64,000 nt of DNA from Tubiluchus corallicola (Eukaryota > Animalia > Priapulida), in contig JAQGDQ010000338.1 of NCBI GenBank assembly GCA_030141605.1, positions 186,001 through 250,000 of the forward strand, given 5' to 3'. The position numbers and the translations under genes are program-made. The notes below the pieces were generated by a model. It was not told the DNA's origin, searched no databases, and saw only the letters and a list, made by a program, of their open reading frames with translations. Positions 36,758-49,312 of this stretch are shown in pieces (position 1 is the first letter of the stretch; every line of letters starts with the position of its first letter).

Positions 36758-38128
36758 TGATAATAGAGAAACAAATTAGAAATCACATACTACGTGGGAC
36801 ATTCGCGCATAATCGATATCCTAGCTCACCGCCTCCTGGTTCCAATACCGTCCAACCACTTCGATGGTTCGCACTTCATCTTGTACCTCTTCGTTGTGTA
36901 TTGCATCGCCAAGTATTAGAGCATAATATCACGACCCTTTTTCTCGATAGACTGATCGTATAGTTTTATCTAGCCGTTTCGAGTGATCATGAATTGCATC
37001 TATAGATTGTATAGATTTTATAGATTCGCTTCCCGTTCGCTATAAGGTGATTCTGTCACCTGACTCCGAGGGCTTTAGTTCAGTCTATCAGGCAATGATG
37101 ATGTCCTTCAAGACTTTCACTTCGACCTTGCATTGTGAGTGGAGGTGTTCTTCCCTCAAGTTATCGAGCGTAGCTCCCGCAATTGAGCTTTGTTTAGTAC
37201 AATGCGAATCTCTCAAGTTCGTATCTTGGATTTAGTGTTGCTTTACTTTGAACGCTCTTAATCATACAAGAACTCGTTATCTACGTTGCCACAGTGAATA
37301 GAATTTATTCAATTACAGAATACACGTTATCTAGTCTGGTTTGCTTTACAAGATTTGTCCTTATACGCTGGTGAGCGCTTACAATTAGTGTATAGCTCCA
37401 GAGAAGATGCTCATTCACTTTAATTGACAACGATTCAGTATGCTGCACCTATGGTGCTTAATACAATGTGAAACTACAGTTATGCAGAGTTACTCTCAGA
37501 TACAAATATGTTAAGTACACTTAACTTGTGGATTGACCAATGTACCCCTACACTTGGTCAACTCCAGATAGCTTAACGAGACTCTCGTTGATCCAGTGCC
37601 CAGTCTATGGCTGAGAACGCAGACTCCTCTACGCTGGTGTCAAACAATGTTCCTCTCTTCTAGAAGGCTGTCTCGGACACACTACAGTAGCAATCTCTGT
37701 CAGACTCTCTCCCTCGATGTGCGTGTGTGCGGTTCACTCACGTCACCCCTCGTGTGTGTCTTCTCTAGGCTAAAACTAGAGCTTATATCTCGGAGAGCTG
37801 ACCTTGCTAAAGATTGTACCATATGGCAACATCTAGCAACACCTGTGGCAGATGACACCACCCGCCATGAGATTTCTGATTTTACAGTCAGCAAGGTGTT
37901 CCTTCGAATTCTTTCGCTCTGTGAGATTCTCTTTCCGTCGTCGGCAAATCTTCAGATTTCTCTCTTCTAATGTCGCTGAGCACTGATAGAGACATTGGTG
38001 ACGATCATAAAGTCACCTCTATGCGACATCTGCATCGCTACTGACCTTCTATTAACTAACTGTAACTCTGCATGTGGCTATTCAAGACAATAGTGTCTTC
38101 TCTTAAACAAGACACCTGTGTTCCTACA
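36758..38128. mobile_element. Possible solo LTR (1.37 kb)
   Basis: Compositionally distinct non-coding block that starts TG, ends CA, and is flanked by ATTTCT at 36752-36757 and 38129-38134. No PBS, PPT or second copy in the window. Confidence 0.35.
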
Positions 38129-39174
38129 ATTTCTCTAACATATGCAATAATTTGCATTGCATTAAATCCGTACTTACCAGCTGGGTGAGTTTCTCTGTCT
38201 ACCAAATAAATTTATCTTATGAAAATCAGGGAGGCATGAGATTTATCAACTGAATCTAATTCAGCTGATAACTCCATTAATTTACTACCAAAATACCGAT
38301 TTATAAATTTATTCACAACAATAATGTACAACGAGGTAGTACATTAGAAGGCGGTACACTGTGAGGTAGTACATGTCACGGCGGCACGAGGCTCTCTGGT
38401 ACAGAGTGACGCCACAATTCACGACTAGACGGTCCACGAGGAAGTCGAGAGAGCGCCAGTGTCGCACGTAGTGTTTAACTAATATTAGAGCGAAAGTTTC
38501 TCAAGGTTATAATTCTCAAAAGCTTGTTGAAAGTGCATCCATTTACTTTATAAGCTTAATGTAAGAATGATGTACATAACGTAAGAATAAATCCTTTCTT
38601 TCAAGCGCCGACAGGTTTTTGTGATTAAATGCAAAAAAACCTTTTCTGGTTAACACAAGCCCACCGAGGGATTAATATAAAGTCTGTATTTGCTTAGTAA
38701 TACACAGGAGAATAAAACGTGCAGGCAGATTAATCAGCAAGAGTGGAAATCAACCCAGAGCAATAATCAGGAAGTCTTTACCACAAACAGCTTCTCAAAT
38801 AACTCACTTAGTGAAGGTAAAATTTACGAGAATTAATAGAACGCCGTCAAAGCGAGGAAATTTACAGCAATTTGTCGAAATTCGGATGTCGTATTTCACG
38901 CGAAAATCCCTAAAATCCGAATGTGATGATCGAGAAATCCGACCTTTCCGATTCTTGTTTCAGCTTTTGCAATTATTACTTCTGCACAGGCAGCCTAGCC
39001 AAGTTCATCTAGTGATGACAAAGCTAATAGAGTAGGAGGCAGAGTAACATGGGAGAGAAAATTTTCTGTCATTACAGCCAAATACTAACAAACTTCTAGT
39101 CATCGAGTGAGATTTAGAGATTTGAGACGGATGAAGCAATGTTCTGCCATGTGAAATTATATAAGGCCATGCAA

Positions 39175-39450
39175 GGTCATGCAATGCAATACAATGCAAT
39201 GCAGTGCAGTGCGGCGTGCAGCCTGTGCATCGCAATACAATGCAATGTAACGCCATGCAGTGCAACATGATGCAATGTAATAAAGTGGAATGTAATGTAT
39301 TGCATTGCAGCACAATGATTAACAAATGACAATTATAAAATATCTAACTCGTAGCCAGAGCAATGCAATGTAATGCAATGCAGTGCAGTGCAATGCAACA
39401 CGATGCAATAATGTGGAGTGTAACGCATCGCATCACAGTGCAATGCTTAA
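39175..39450. repeat. Degenerate (AATGC)n pentamer microsatellite
   Basis: Seen directly. Confidence 0.75.
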
Positions 39451-39599
39451 CAATTGATTAATTTAGGCATGCTTCGGTCTGTAGTGCAATACCATTTTAT
39501 TTAAATGCGGAACCACTTAAATTTTGCTGTTCATGTCGTATTTTAGTTTAGTAAGACGCAGTGAGCACAGGCATACCCAGATAATACGATGCTCTAAGT

Positions 39600-40080
39600 C
39601 AGGGGTGTGCAAATTGCGGCCCGCCGAGAGAATTTGTGCGGCCCGCGAAAAGATTTGTCAACGTAATGAAAGTGCGGCCCGGGCGATTAATTGAGTGTAT
39701 CCAGCTGAAGTCCGTGCCACGATCCGAAAGATAGTGCGGGTAGTTTTTTCTACTAGATCGGATGCCATTAACCTTTACGAGACGGTTGTAGCTTAATAAC
39801 ACTGTACTACACAGACTGTGTGATACACATTACTAACATGCATTGTAATGAAATTACCACTATCTGTCCTGAAAGTAGAAATATATGGTTGGTAATATAA
39901 GTTTTAATAACTTCTAAAATAGTTTCTTGAGTGTAGTAGTAATGACGTACGCAGGTCGGATGCAAAAAATCGTTATTAGGCCTTTCTGTACTTGGCTCCT
40001 TGATCAAACTGCCTGTGGCCGGCAGGAATTGCGGGAAAGTTTAATGTGGCCCGGCTAGTCAGATAATTTGCACACCCCTG
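39600..40080. mobile_element. hAT (Charlie-like) MITE
   Basis: Perfect 16-bp TIR CAGGGGTGTGCAAATT / AATTTGCACACCCCTG; 8-bp TSD CTCTAAGT / CTCTAAGG (one mismatch); GCGGCCCG subterminal repeats. Confidence 0.9.
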
Positions 40081-40580
40081 CTCTAAGGTCTCAGTTCACT
40101 CCCAGCTATCTCTATTAAAGATTTTTGGTTATCTATATATGAGAGCCACCTCACTGCTATTTTTTGTTGTTTCTTAATTTGATATTTTGCATAGCGCTTA
40201 TGTTTGTAGTTTAGTACTTTTTATGAAATGTATTTGCCTGCTGTATAGCTCTTATACAAAAGCGGACACTTAACTGCTTGTGGTGTGTTATAAAATACGT
40301 ACTTAGATGAATAGGAAAGGATACGCATTTTCCGTGCAGAATAAAAATTTTGAACACACTAGGTTCCTAAACTCTGGCGCTCCTCAAAATTTGGCACACT
40401 AGTCTGCAGCCTGGATACGCCCCTGGCAGTAATTGATGATACTGATGATGATGATGATAATAAGTTTTTATTAGCTCTTTTTGTAGACAAAAATTTCAGT
40501 GCAAATATTAGGCAATTTTACATAGACACTAGAGTAATTTCTGTAATTATCTTTTTTAATTTGTGCGTATAAAATTATTT

Positions 40581-41063
40581 GGTTGGCATCCTTCTGTCTG
40601 GGAAGACAACGGAGTGTGCGCCAAGAGAGTCAGTTATTGATCACATTGATGGAGCTGCAGCGTCGACTGTGGCTGAGCAGTGCGATCCTTGAACGTCTCC
40701 AGGGCGCACGCCTGGGCAAGGTGTATGGAGATCCTGAGTTGTCCAGACAACAGGCACCAGGTTGACTACAGGAGCTGCCGGAGTCAGTGAGCATGCTGCA
40801 CTGGTCCGCCTTCGGGGCTCCACTCCTGATTTGGAAGGTTTACTCCTCTACACACGGCCGTTGGATCACTTGACCTCCTCCGCCCTCTAGCCGTTGGCTA
40901 CTTCTGCAGCTCCGCCTAGTGTTGAGATACAGTGTCGACATCCCGCAAGCCTACAGCACCTGGTATTCCTAGGCGGTCACCCATCCAAGTACTAACCAGG
41001 CTCTACGTTGCTTAACTTCGCTGATCAGACGAGAACCGGTGTTTTCAACGTGATTTGGCCGTA
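40581..41063 (-). mobile_element. 5S rRNA-derived SINE (SINE3), copy 2, with TSD
   Basis: Reverse complement of 18594-19131 with a ~56-bp internal deletion; flanked by GTATAAAATTATTT (40567-40580) and GTATAACATTATTT (41064-41077). Confidence 0.88.
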
Positions 41064-41525
41064 GTATAACATTATTTACAATGATGTTAAACAAGTAACA
41101 AGCAGGATTGCACAACTTTTTTCCTGGATCTAGTGTCTACCACAACTATTCATGTTTTACACTATCACAGAGACTCAGATTGGGGCCCATTTGAAATTCA
41201 ATTCGATCCAGGCTACTTCCTGAATTAGTTTGCTGAAAGATTCGCCGTTGGAATGACAGCAACTAATCGTCTTGTTTTCTGAAGTAAAACGTGGCAGGAA
41301 GACAGGTCATTTCCTGATCATTGTTGGCTTAGAAAACGTCTTAATTGCTTAGTCGCAACATCGTCAAGGAAAATAGAGAGCGCGGAAACAATTTGCCAAG
41401 TTTTCTAAAGATTTGCTTGTCGGTTTTTTTGTCTTCAATATCCTTTTCCCAGCGTGTCAAGACACAACACGCAAGAACGCGTGAAAAAGAGTTGCCTTAT
41501 TGCCTTAAAATTTGTCCATTCCATT

Positions 41526-41949
41526 CAAAATAGTGCTCGGAAGTGGTGCTGACAAGCCACTGGCGTAGCTGTGTCTAGTTTTTTTGCTGGATTACTGCTG
41601 CGTTTACCTGTCTGAAGGCAGATTTCTTTTATTTTAGAATTCTGCCTGCCCAATGTCTGCAATAGACGTGACGGGCGTATGATGATGATGATGATGATTC
41701 AAGATAGTTCTCGGAAGTGGTGCTGACAAGCCACTGGCGTAACAGTGTCTAGTTTAGTTTTTTTGCTGGATTACTGCTGCGTTTGCCTGTCTGAAGGCAG
41801 ATTTCTTTTATTTTAGAATTCTGCCTGCCCAATGTCTGCAATAGACGTGACGGGCGTATGATGATGATGATGATGATGATCCAACGTAGTGCTCGGAAGT
41901 GGTGCTGACAAGCCACTGGCATAGCAGTGTCCGTCTAGTTTTTACTGGA
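41526..41949 (+). repeat. A-B-A-B-A tandem structure (~180-bp period), B ending in (TGA)n
   Basis: A = TAGTGCTCGGAAGTGGTGCTGACAAGCCACTGGC... (3 copies). B = TTACTGCTGCGTTT.CCTGTCTGAAGGCAG...GGGCGTATGATGATG (2 copies). A diverged lone B lies at ~44595-44690. Confidence 0.85.
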
Positions 41950-42654
41950 AGGCCAAATCTTCTGGAAAGTCTGGCTTATTTCAATATTCGCGAAAAATGT
42001 TAGAAAGATTTAATAATGAAACTGCAATAAGCGCCTCGTGTAACTAGTAAAATCCACGATTGCTGGGGTTGTTGTCATTTTCAGTGCCAGTTCTTCTTCC
42101 AATGACGTCATTCGTCCCGAAGAAAAACAGCGTAGTGTCAATCTTCATCAGAAGTATAAAATAATGAAATAGCTAATTTATTTAAAACTGTAGTGTGGAC
42201 AAAGATGGTGGAGCCCTCTATAGCTAAAAATAAGAGTACACTGGTTAATTGCTTCTATGATATGATTGTCAGTCCTGTGAAATGCAAGTTAGGGCTTATG
42301 ATTAAATTTTCTTTTTTAATTAATATGTCTATCTTACACTGATGTTTATCGCTTACATGATGTGACGTCCTTAAAAGTAAACGTGATCGCTCATAACGAG
42401 GTGCCTAATTATATGTGCAATTTCTCAGAAAGGAACTAGTGTTGCTTTGATTTCTTACACCCATGGTCGTCAATATTAACAGTGCAATCGATTTAATCAT
42501 AGACCAAGCACTGAAGGTACGTACTACGCAATAAGGGTTTCTATTCTGGCAAAAAGATTATTAATTATTTTATTAACATCTTTCTACAGACAATGGGTAT
42601 AACCTGTGGTACATCTCATGTATGCGTTGTACAGACATTTCAGGATATTGTAAA

Positions 42655-43445
42655 TGTGATATGATTGTGGTATGATATGATGTGATGTGAAATGATATGA
42701 TGGATATCATATGATATGATATGATATGATATGATATGATATGATATGATATGATATGATATGATATGATATGATATGATATGATATATGATATGATATG
42801 ATATGATATGATATGATATGATATATGATATGATATGATATGATATGATATGATATGAGATATGATATGATATGATATGATATGATATGATATGATATGA
42901 TATGATATGATATGATATGATATGATATGATATGATATGATATGATATGATATGATATGATATGATATGATATGATATGATATGATATGATATGACGCGA
43001 TGCGACGCGACGCGATGCGACGCGACGTGATGTGATGTGATGTGATGTGAAATGATATGATGGATATGATATGATATGATGTGATGTGATGTGATGTGAC
43101 GTGACGTGACGTGACGTGACGTGACGTGACACGACACGACACGACACGACACGACACGACACGATGTGATGTGATGTGATGTGAAATGAATATATGATAT
43201 CATATGATATGATATGACATGACATGACATGACATGACATGACACGACACGACACGACACGACACGACACGACACGACACGACACCACACCACACCACAC
43301 CACACCACACCACACCACACCACACCACACCACACCACACCACACCACACCACACCACACCACACCACACCACACCACACCACACGACACGACACGACAC
43401 GACACGACACGACACGACACGACACGACACGACATGATATGATAT
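42655..43445. repeat. Compound pentamer microsatellite (ATATG, ACGCG, ATGTG, ACGTG, ACACG, ACATG, ACACC)
   Basis: Seen directly. Confidence 0.95.
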
Positions 43446-44084
43446 CAAACTCCAGAGAGTAGAAGTTTATTCCACCTGTGAGACAGGCGCATAGTAATTT
43501 TGTGCCATCGACTCTGATCTCTTAACTCCCCATGTTTGCGCTAATGTGCTTTTGCTTAGCTTGTAAAGCTATATGGCTTTCAAGAATCAATGACTGACTG
43601 CCTGACCAAGCTCTCGAGTATTGGCCAAACAATTTAATCTTTATTAATTAATAATAAAGTACGTCAAGTGACAGACCGCCATTGATTCTTAAAATGCGCA
43701 TCTTCTTGGGATTGTGAATGAATTATTAAAAATGGCTTAGCCGTTACAATATTGCTTGTTCACACTATTTGTTCGCACTATTTGTTCACACCACTGTGTG
43801 AACAAGTATACTTAAGATGAATTTTTGTCATGGTGAGGGTTTTCGAAAAACACAACAGAACATGAGTAAGCTGCAGAAATTTTAATTACTTTAAATAGAC
43901 GCGCTTACGGAAAGCCCCGATGCATTTACAGAACGACACGAAACCTCCCAGTTACGTCATAATTTTTAAGTGAAATGACGGCAACCACTCCGCCTGAAAA
44001 ATTTCATTCAGAGGTACTAATTTTAAATTTATGCTTTATAAGTAGTTCTTTGTAAATTTCATTAATATGTTTTTCTAAGTTTAA

Positions 44085-44538
44085 CCCTTTCAGTCCCAAA
44101 TTATTTTTTAATAAGAAAAAAATTTTGGCTTGGTACTTTTGTTCAGTATGTCCATCTTGTTTACACGTAATAATTATTTTTTCTACCTGTGCCCGTGTGC
44201 TAAATATAGCCTGTATCCCACGGGATACATTGGGATTCAATGGAAGCATAAAATGTGCTTCATTTTGCAACTGCTGATAATTTTTTAAAGTATTTAAGAC
44301 ATTTAGTACGCATGCTATGCTGATCTGTACAAAGTCATCTCTAAAGTACTGTACCTTGCGCAGTTTTTTATTCTATGTAGATTTTCTAGTTTGCCATTTT
44401 ATCACTATTTTTAGTCTATTGTTATTGGCTTAAATCAAAATAACTATTAGCAGATTAGACTGTCAGTTTTAAAATTTTATTAATTTCAAAGGCAGAAAAT
44501 ATTCTCGTATCCCAAGGGATACAACGGGTATGAAAGGG
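44085..44538 (+). mobile_element. piggyBac-like MITE, complete
   Basis: TTAA|CCCTTTCA ... TGAAAGGG|TTAA: CCC/GGG termini with TTAA duplication; no coding capacity; three copies in the window. Confidence 0.9.
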
Positions 44539-44899
44539 TTAAGTGATAACAGTAAAACAAACGCAACATGCTGAGTGACTTGTTCTTTCCTTTAACTGCT
44601 GTGTTTACCTGTCTTGAGGGCAGATTTTGTTTGTTTTATATTTCTGCCTGCCCAGGATCTACAACAGACGCAACAGTCATATAATGATGAATCAATATAG
44701 TACATGTATCTGCAAATTTCCTTGGTGGTCTATTACAACTTATCCAACGCCTGCGGGTCCAACAAACGTGCAGTAAACTACTCAGACTGGGCGACATAGG
44801 TACTCAGAATTGAATTAGTTTTATAACTCAGCATTAACTTACAAAACTTGCTGCTTGAGTTCTCAAATTGCCTAACCAGTAAATTGTTTTTTTAGAACA

Positions 44900-45330
44900 T
44901 TCTTCTTTTTCTTCTTCTCAGCTTCTCCCTATGTGGGGTCGCCGTTGTGAATGAGTCTTCTCCACGCATTCCTGTTGTTGACCATCTCTTCATTTATGTC
45001 TTCCCTTCCCACATGATCTTCACCGACTCTTCTTTTCAGGTGTCCATACCATCGCAATCTTGCGAGGCTTCCACTACTTTTACTGTTCCTCTGATATTAT
45101 TATTTCTAATTTTATCTCTTCTTGTTACTCCCACTATCCATCTCATCTCCACCACACCCATTTTCTTCTCTTCGGTGTTCTTTAGAGAAGCTGCTTCCAG
45201 TCCATAGATTAGAGCGGGTCTGACCACTGCTTTGTGAACTTTACCTTTAAGTCTCACCGACTCATTCATAGAAGGTTTTGGCGCAGTTTTTACATGCCCT
45301 TCCTGACCCTAACCCTCCCTATTTATCCCC
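44900..45330 (-). mobile_element. RTE-clade non-autonomous fragment (3' ORF remnant and tail, possibly joined to a 5' UTR piece)
   Basis: ORF RLKGKVHKAVVRPALIYGLEA...EMRW..GVTRRDKIRN..IRG; same 3' end and GAA tail as 35232-35330. 45270-45330 resembles the remembered RTE/Expander 5' motif ATGCCCTTCCTGAC..AACCCTCCC.ATTTATCC. Confidence 0.8.
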
Positions 45331-45883
45331 ACTCAAACTCAACTTGAGGGTCAAGCCACTCAGTTTTAACATCAGGTCCACAATTTGAATATAAAATTAC
45401 CTTATTTTACTGTCAACTCACTCTGTTTCTTAAAGTCACTCAACTTACTCAATTTACTTTCAGAGGTAACTACTTTTCTAGAAGCCAAGTTACTCAACTT
45501 AGAATATTGTTTTATGCCGTTTTATATTCTGACTTTTCACCGCTTTTAACCTGAAGTAACAAGGCAAACGAACAAACCCTTTTTAATTTCGAAATTTTAA
45601 ACGAGTTTCTCGTGTTTTGTGCTCACAATCCATTGAAGAGCCTCCCGAAATTTTAATCGGACGAAAAACTAAACCCTGAAAAGGTTTCCGCCTTCAAACT
45701 GCAAGCAAAGTTATTGTTTCGTAGAAAAAACTACGAAAGTGATTTTTGAAGCTCTTGTTGGAAAGTCGGTAAAACTGTGATCTTTGGTCAACGTTTTAAA
45801 CCATGGATAATAGCTGTAGTAATCATCAATGAATCACTAAAGAGTTTTCCCAAAAAGAAATTGCAACCGGACGCCATTGCATT

Positions 45884-46137
45884 TTCTCATAACAATGCTT
45901 AGATTCTCATAACAATGCATAGATTCTCATAACAGTGCTTAGATCCTCATAACAATGCTTAGATTCTCATAACAATGCTTAGATTCTCATAACAACGCTT
46001 AGATTCTCATAACAATGCTTAGATTCTCATAACAATGCTTAGATTCTCATAACAATGCTTAGATTTTCATAACAATGCTTAGATTCTCATAACAATGCTT
46101 AGATTCTCATAATAAATGCTTAGATTCTCATAACAAT
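45884..46137. repeat. 20-bp minisatellite (ATTCTCATAACAATGCTTAG), ~12 units
   Basis: Seen directly. Confidence 0.95.
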
Positions 46138-46169
46138 GGCGTTAATCACATTCTGGTCATCAGCGTTAA

Positions 46170-46851
46170 AGGACAAGAAAAGGGGTATCTGAAGTAGGTT
46201 TCAGAAAAATCGCCTTAAAAAATTATATTACTTTATAGCAATTTTATGCGTATATCTTACTCGTACTGAAAGGAATTTCAGTTTGTTTTCATTTTAAATC
46301 TCTCACAATACTGTTCCGAAGTCGCCATTGCATGACGTCATGTACCAAACGTAAATCAAGGGAAGAAAAGGCAACGTTAAATTATGTCTCAAAAGACTTT
46401 CCGTGCAAATCTATGTTACTTAGCTTTTTGCTTACCTGCTAGAAAGACTTATGTAACTAGAAAAGAAAATTATTAATTATTTAAAATGTTTTCACCAATT
46501 GGTAAAATGTCGCTGACTCACCTCCAGGGTGCACCACTCACTAACCAAAAAACGTATTTAAATCTTATTGACAAGATGCAGTAATTTTAAATTTTATTTA
46601 GTTAGTGACTTGTGTGCTACGAATGCTCTGATTATTTTTTCAAACTTTACAAAATGTTATGTAAACTTGTTTCAAATGACCTGTCGTGAAAATGGCTGCG
46701 TCTAACGGTCATCGCGGGAGTTTAAATTTACATGTTTTATACAGCGTGACTGCCGATTGAAGTCCTGCACGCAAAAAGGCAGTACGTAAGTGATATAAAA
46801 TTTCAAAACGAATTTTTTAAGCTTTGTGTTTATGAAGGGTTTTCTTGTGCT
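46170..46851 (+). mobile_element. Kolobok-like MITE, apparently complete
   Basis: TTAA|AGGACAAGAAAA ... TTTTCTTGTGCT|TTAA: 12-bp TIR with one mismatch, purine-purine terminus, TTAA on both sides. Fragments of both ends occur elsewhere in the window. Confidence 0.6.
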
Positions 46852-47481
46852 TTAAACCATACCGTGAGCCAAAACCTCACTGCAGTCCCTGACGCCGACT
46901 TCATTAGTGAACGCTAGTCTGCTTGTATATATGCTTCATAGTCATCTTACCCATGTTGTTACATTTGTAATAAAAGGTTTCTCTGAAACTGTACTGACTA
47001 ATTTTGGGTTGGTGTTCATCGTTGTTACAAAACCTCACTGTTTAATTTCGTTTTTGTTGCTTTCCTAGGATGGTATTCGCTCGTGTGTCATTCATTCTGT
47101 GTCGTATAATTCTGAAAAGTTTCGCCCCACCGAGAGCACTTTATTCGATTATAGTAGCACCATATTCACCACTAAATACTAGTCTTACTCGTGGGATCTA
47201 TGTACATGCCATGAAATGCGTCATAGACATCTTAACGTTTATTCAATTTCATATGCGCACGGCAGTAAAATACACCTACGTGACACGATGGTTGCGGCTA
47301 ACTCCTTTCTTTTTGGTCAAAATAAGCGAAAGTCCCTTTTGGCGAACGTCGTGCGTGGTACTGGTACGGGTTGCCAATGGAGGTGCTTTTATAGGTATAA
47401 TGTCGCGAAATAATGTTAAATGTAAATTATTGATCATTGCTGCGCATCACTTTAGCCAAGAGAGATGAAGAAAAAATAATC

Positions 47482-47890
<409 letters not shown>

Positions 47891-48579
47891 ATATAAATTC
47901 TTAACAACAACGACAGAAACACGAAGAAATGGAAAAGATACGACGTTTCGAAAAACCTCTGTGCACATTCTCAAGTAGAATGAAAAAAGAAAAAGAAAAA
48001 AATCACTAAAATCAGCATCTTTCATTGCATTTTATAAGCACTTTATAGCCACTAACTAAGCGCAATTATTAATTAATATCAAAAAATACAGGACACAAAA
48101 CAATAAGAGAAATCAAAAAATTATGTTTTTATTGTGTTTGTTTTGACTTGTTTTAACATATAGATTTTGTTTTGATGTACTGATGATGTGTATTACTTTC
48201 ATTTTTCATGTGTAAAACACAAAACATTTATTTCATAAAAAATCAATTCAATTCAATTCAATTTACGACATCAAGTATTTTCAGCTTCAATTTTTTTAAA
48301 GTTCGTCTTCAACTTCTCGTCTTTTCTTAATTTGTTATTAATTAACTTTTAATGTGCTGAAGGTGTTTGTAATTTTGTACATGACGACACTCGGGTTAAT
48401 TTACGACGATGAAGAAGAAGAATAGATCGTCAACAATTTAACTGCTGCTGTCGTAAAACCTCCTCCATTAAAACCTCTAAAACCCGCCTTAATGATGCTC
48501 GTTAAATTTTAATGTTCAGCTAGTAATGACGTTCCATAGCAGCTGCAGTAATACACTAGTGGCAGTAATGTGATAACTC

Positions 48580-48702
48580 AACAACGTCAACAACAATAAT
48601 AACAACAACAAGAAAGACAATGACAGCAGCAACAACAACAGCAAAAACAACAACATCAAAAGCAAAAACAACAACAACAACAAAGACAACGACAGCAGCA
48701 TC

Positions 48703-48737
<35 letters not shown>

Positions 48738-48906
48738 AAGCAAAAACAACAACAACAACAACAATAAAAGCAAAAACAACAACGAAGACAACGACAGCAG
48801 CAACAACAACAACAGCAACAATACGAGCAAAACCAACAACAACAACAACAACAACAACAAAAGCAAAAACAACATCAACGAAGACAACGACAGCAGCAGC
48901 AGCATC

Positions 48907-48940
<34 letters not shown>

Positions 48941-48942
48941 GC

Positions 48943-49027
<85 letters not shown>

Positions 49028-49049
49028 GCAACAACAACAGCAACAGCAA
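48580..49049. repeat. Imperfect (CAA)n microsatellite
   Basis: Seen directly. Confidence 0.95.
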
Positions 49050-49138
49050 TCTCGATGATAGTAGGAAATCTTAAAACAGCATTAGTCACTACAAGACTTT
49101 AAATTAAACATACACTGTGGTCGTTTCTTCTCCTCTTT

Positions 49139-49312
49139 TCCTTCTTCCTATCCCTAATCTTACTATTTTTTTCCATTCCATCATGTTTACTAACCCTAAC
49201 CATTCTTTCATTCACTCATTCTCCCCTCCCTTCCTTCTTCCTATCCCTAATCTTACTATTTTTTTCCATTCCATCATGTCTACTAACCCTAACCATTCTT
49301 TCATTCACTCAT
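49139..49312. repeat. Tandem duplication, ~93 bp x 2
   Basis: CCTTCTTCCTATCCCTAATCTTACTATTTTTTTCCATTCCATCATG...CATTCACTCATT occurs twice. Confidence 0.85.

Noticed and set aside
47070-47468. 132-aa ORF after a strong acceptor
   Set aside because: No recognisable motif and random-looking composition.
48620-49102. Mucin-like Thr-rich ORF
   Set aside because: Confined to an imperfect (CAA)n tract with open frames on both strands; no signal peptide or splice support.
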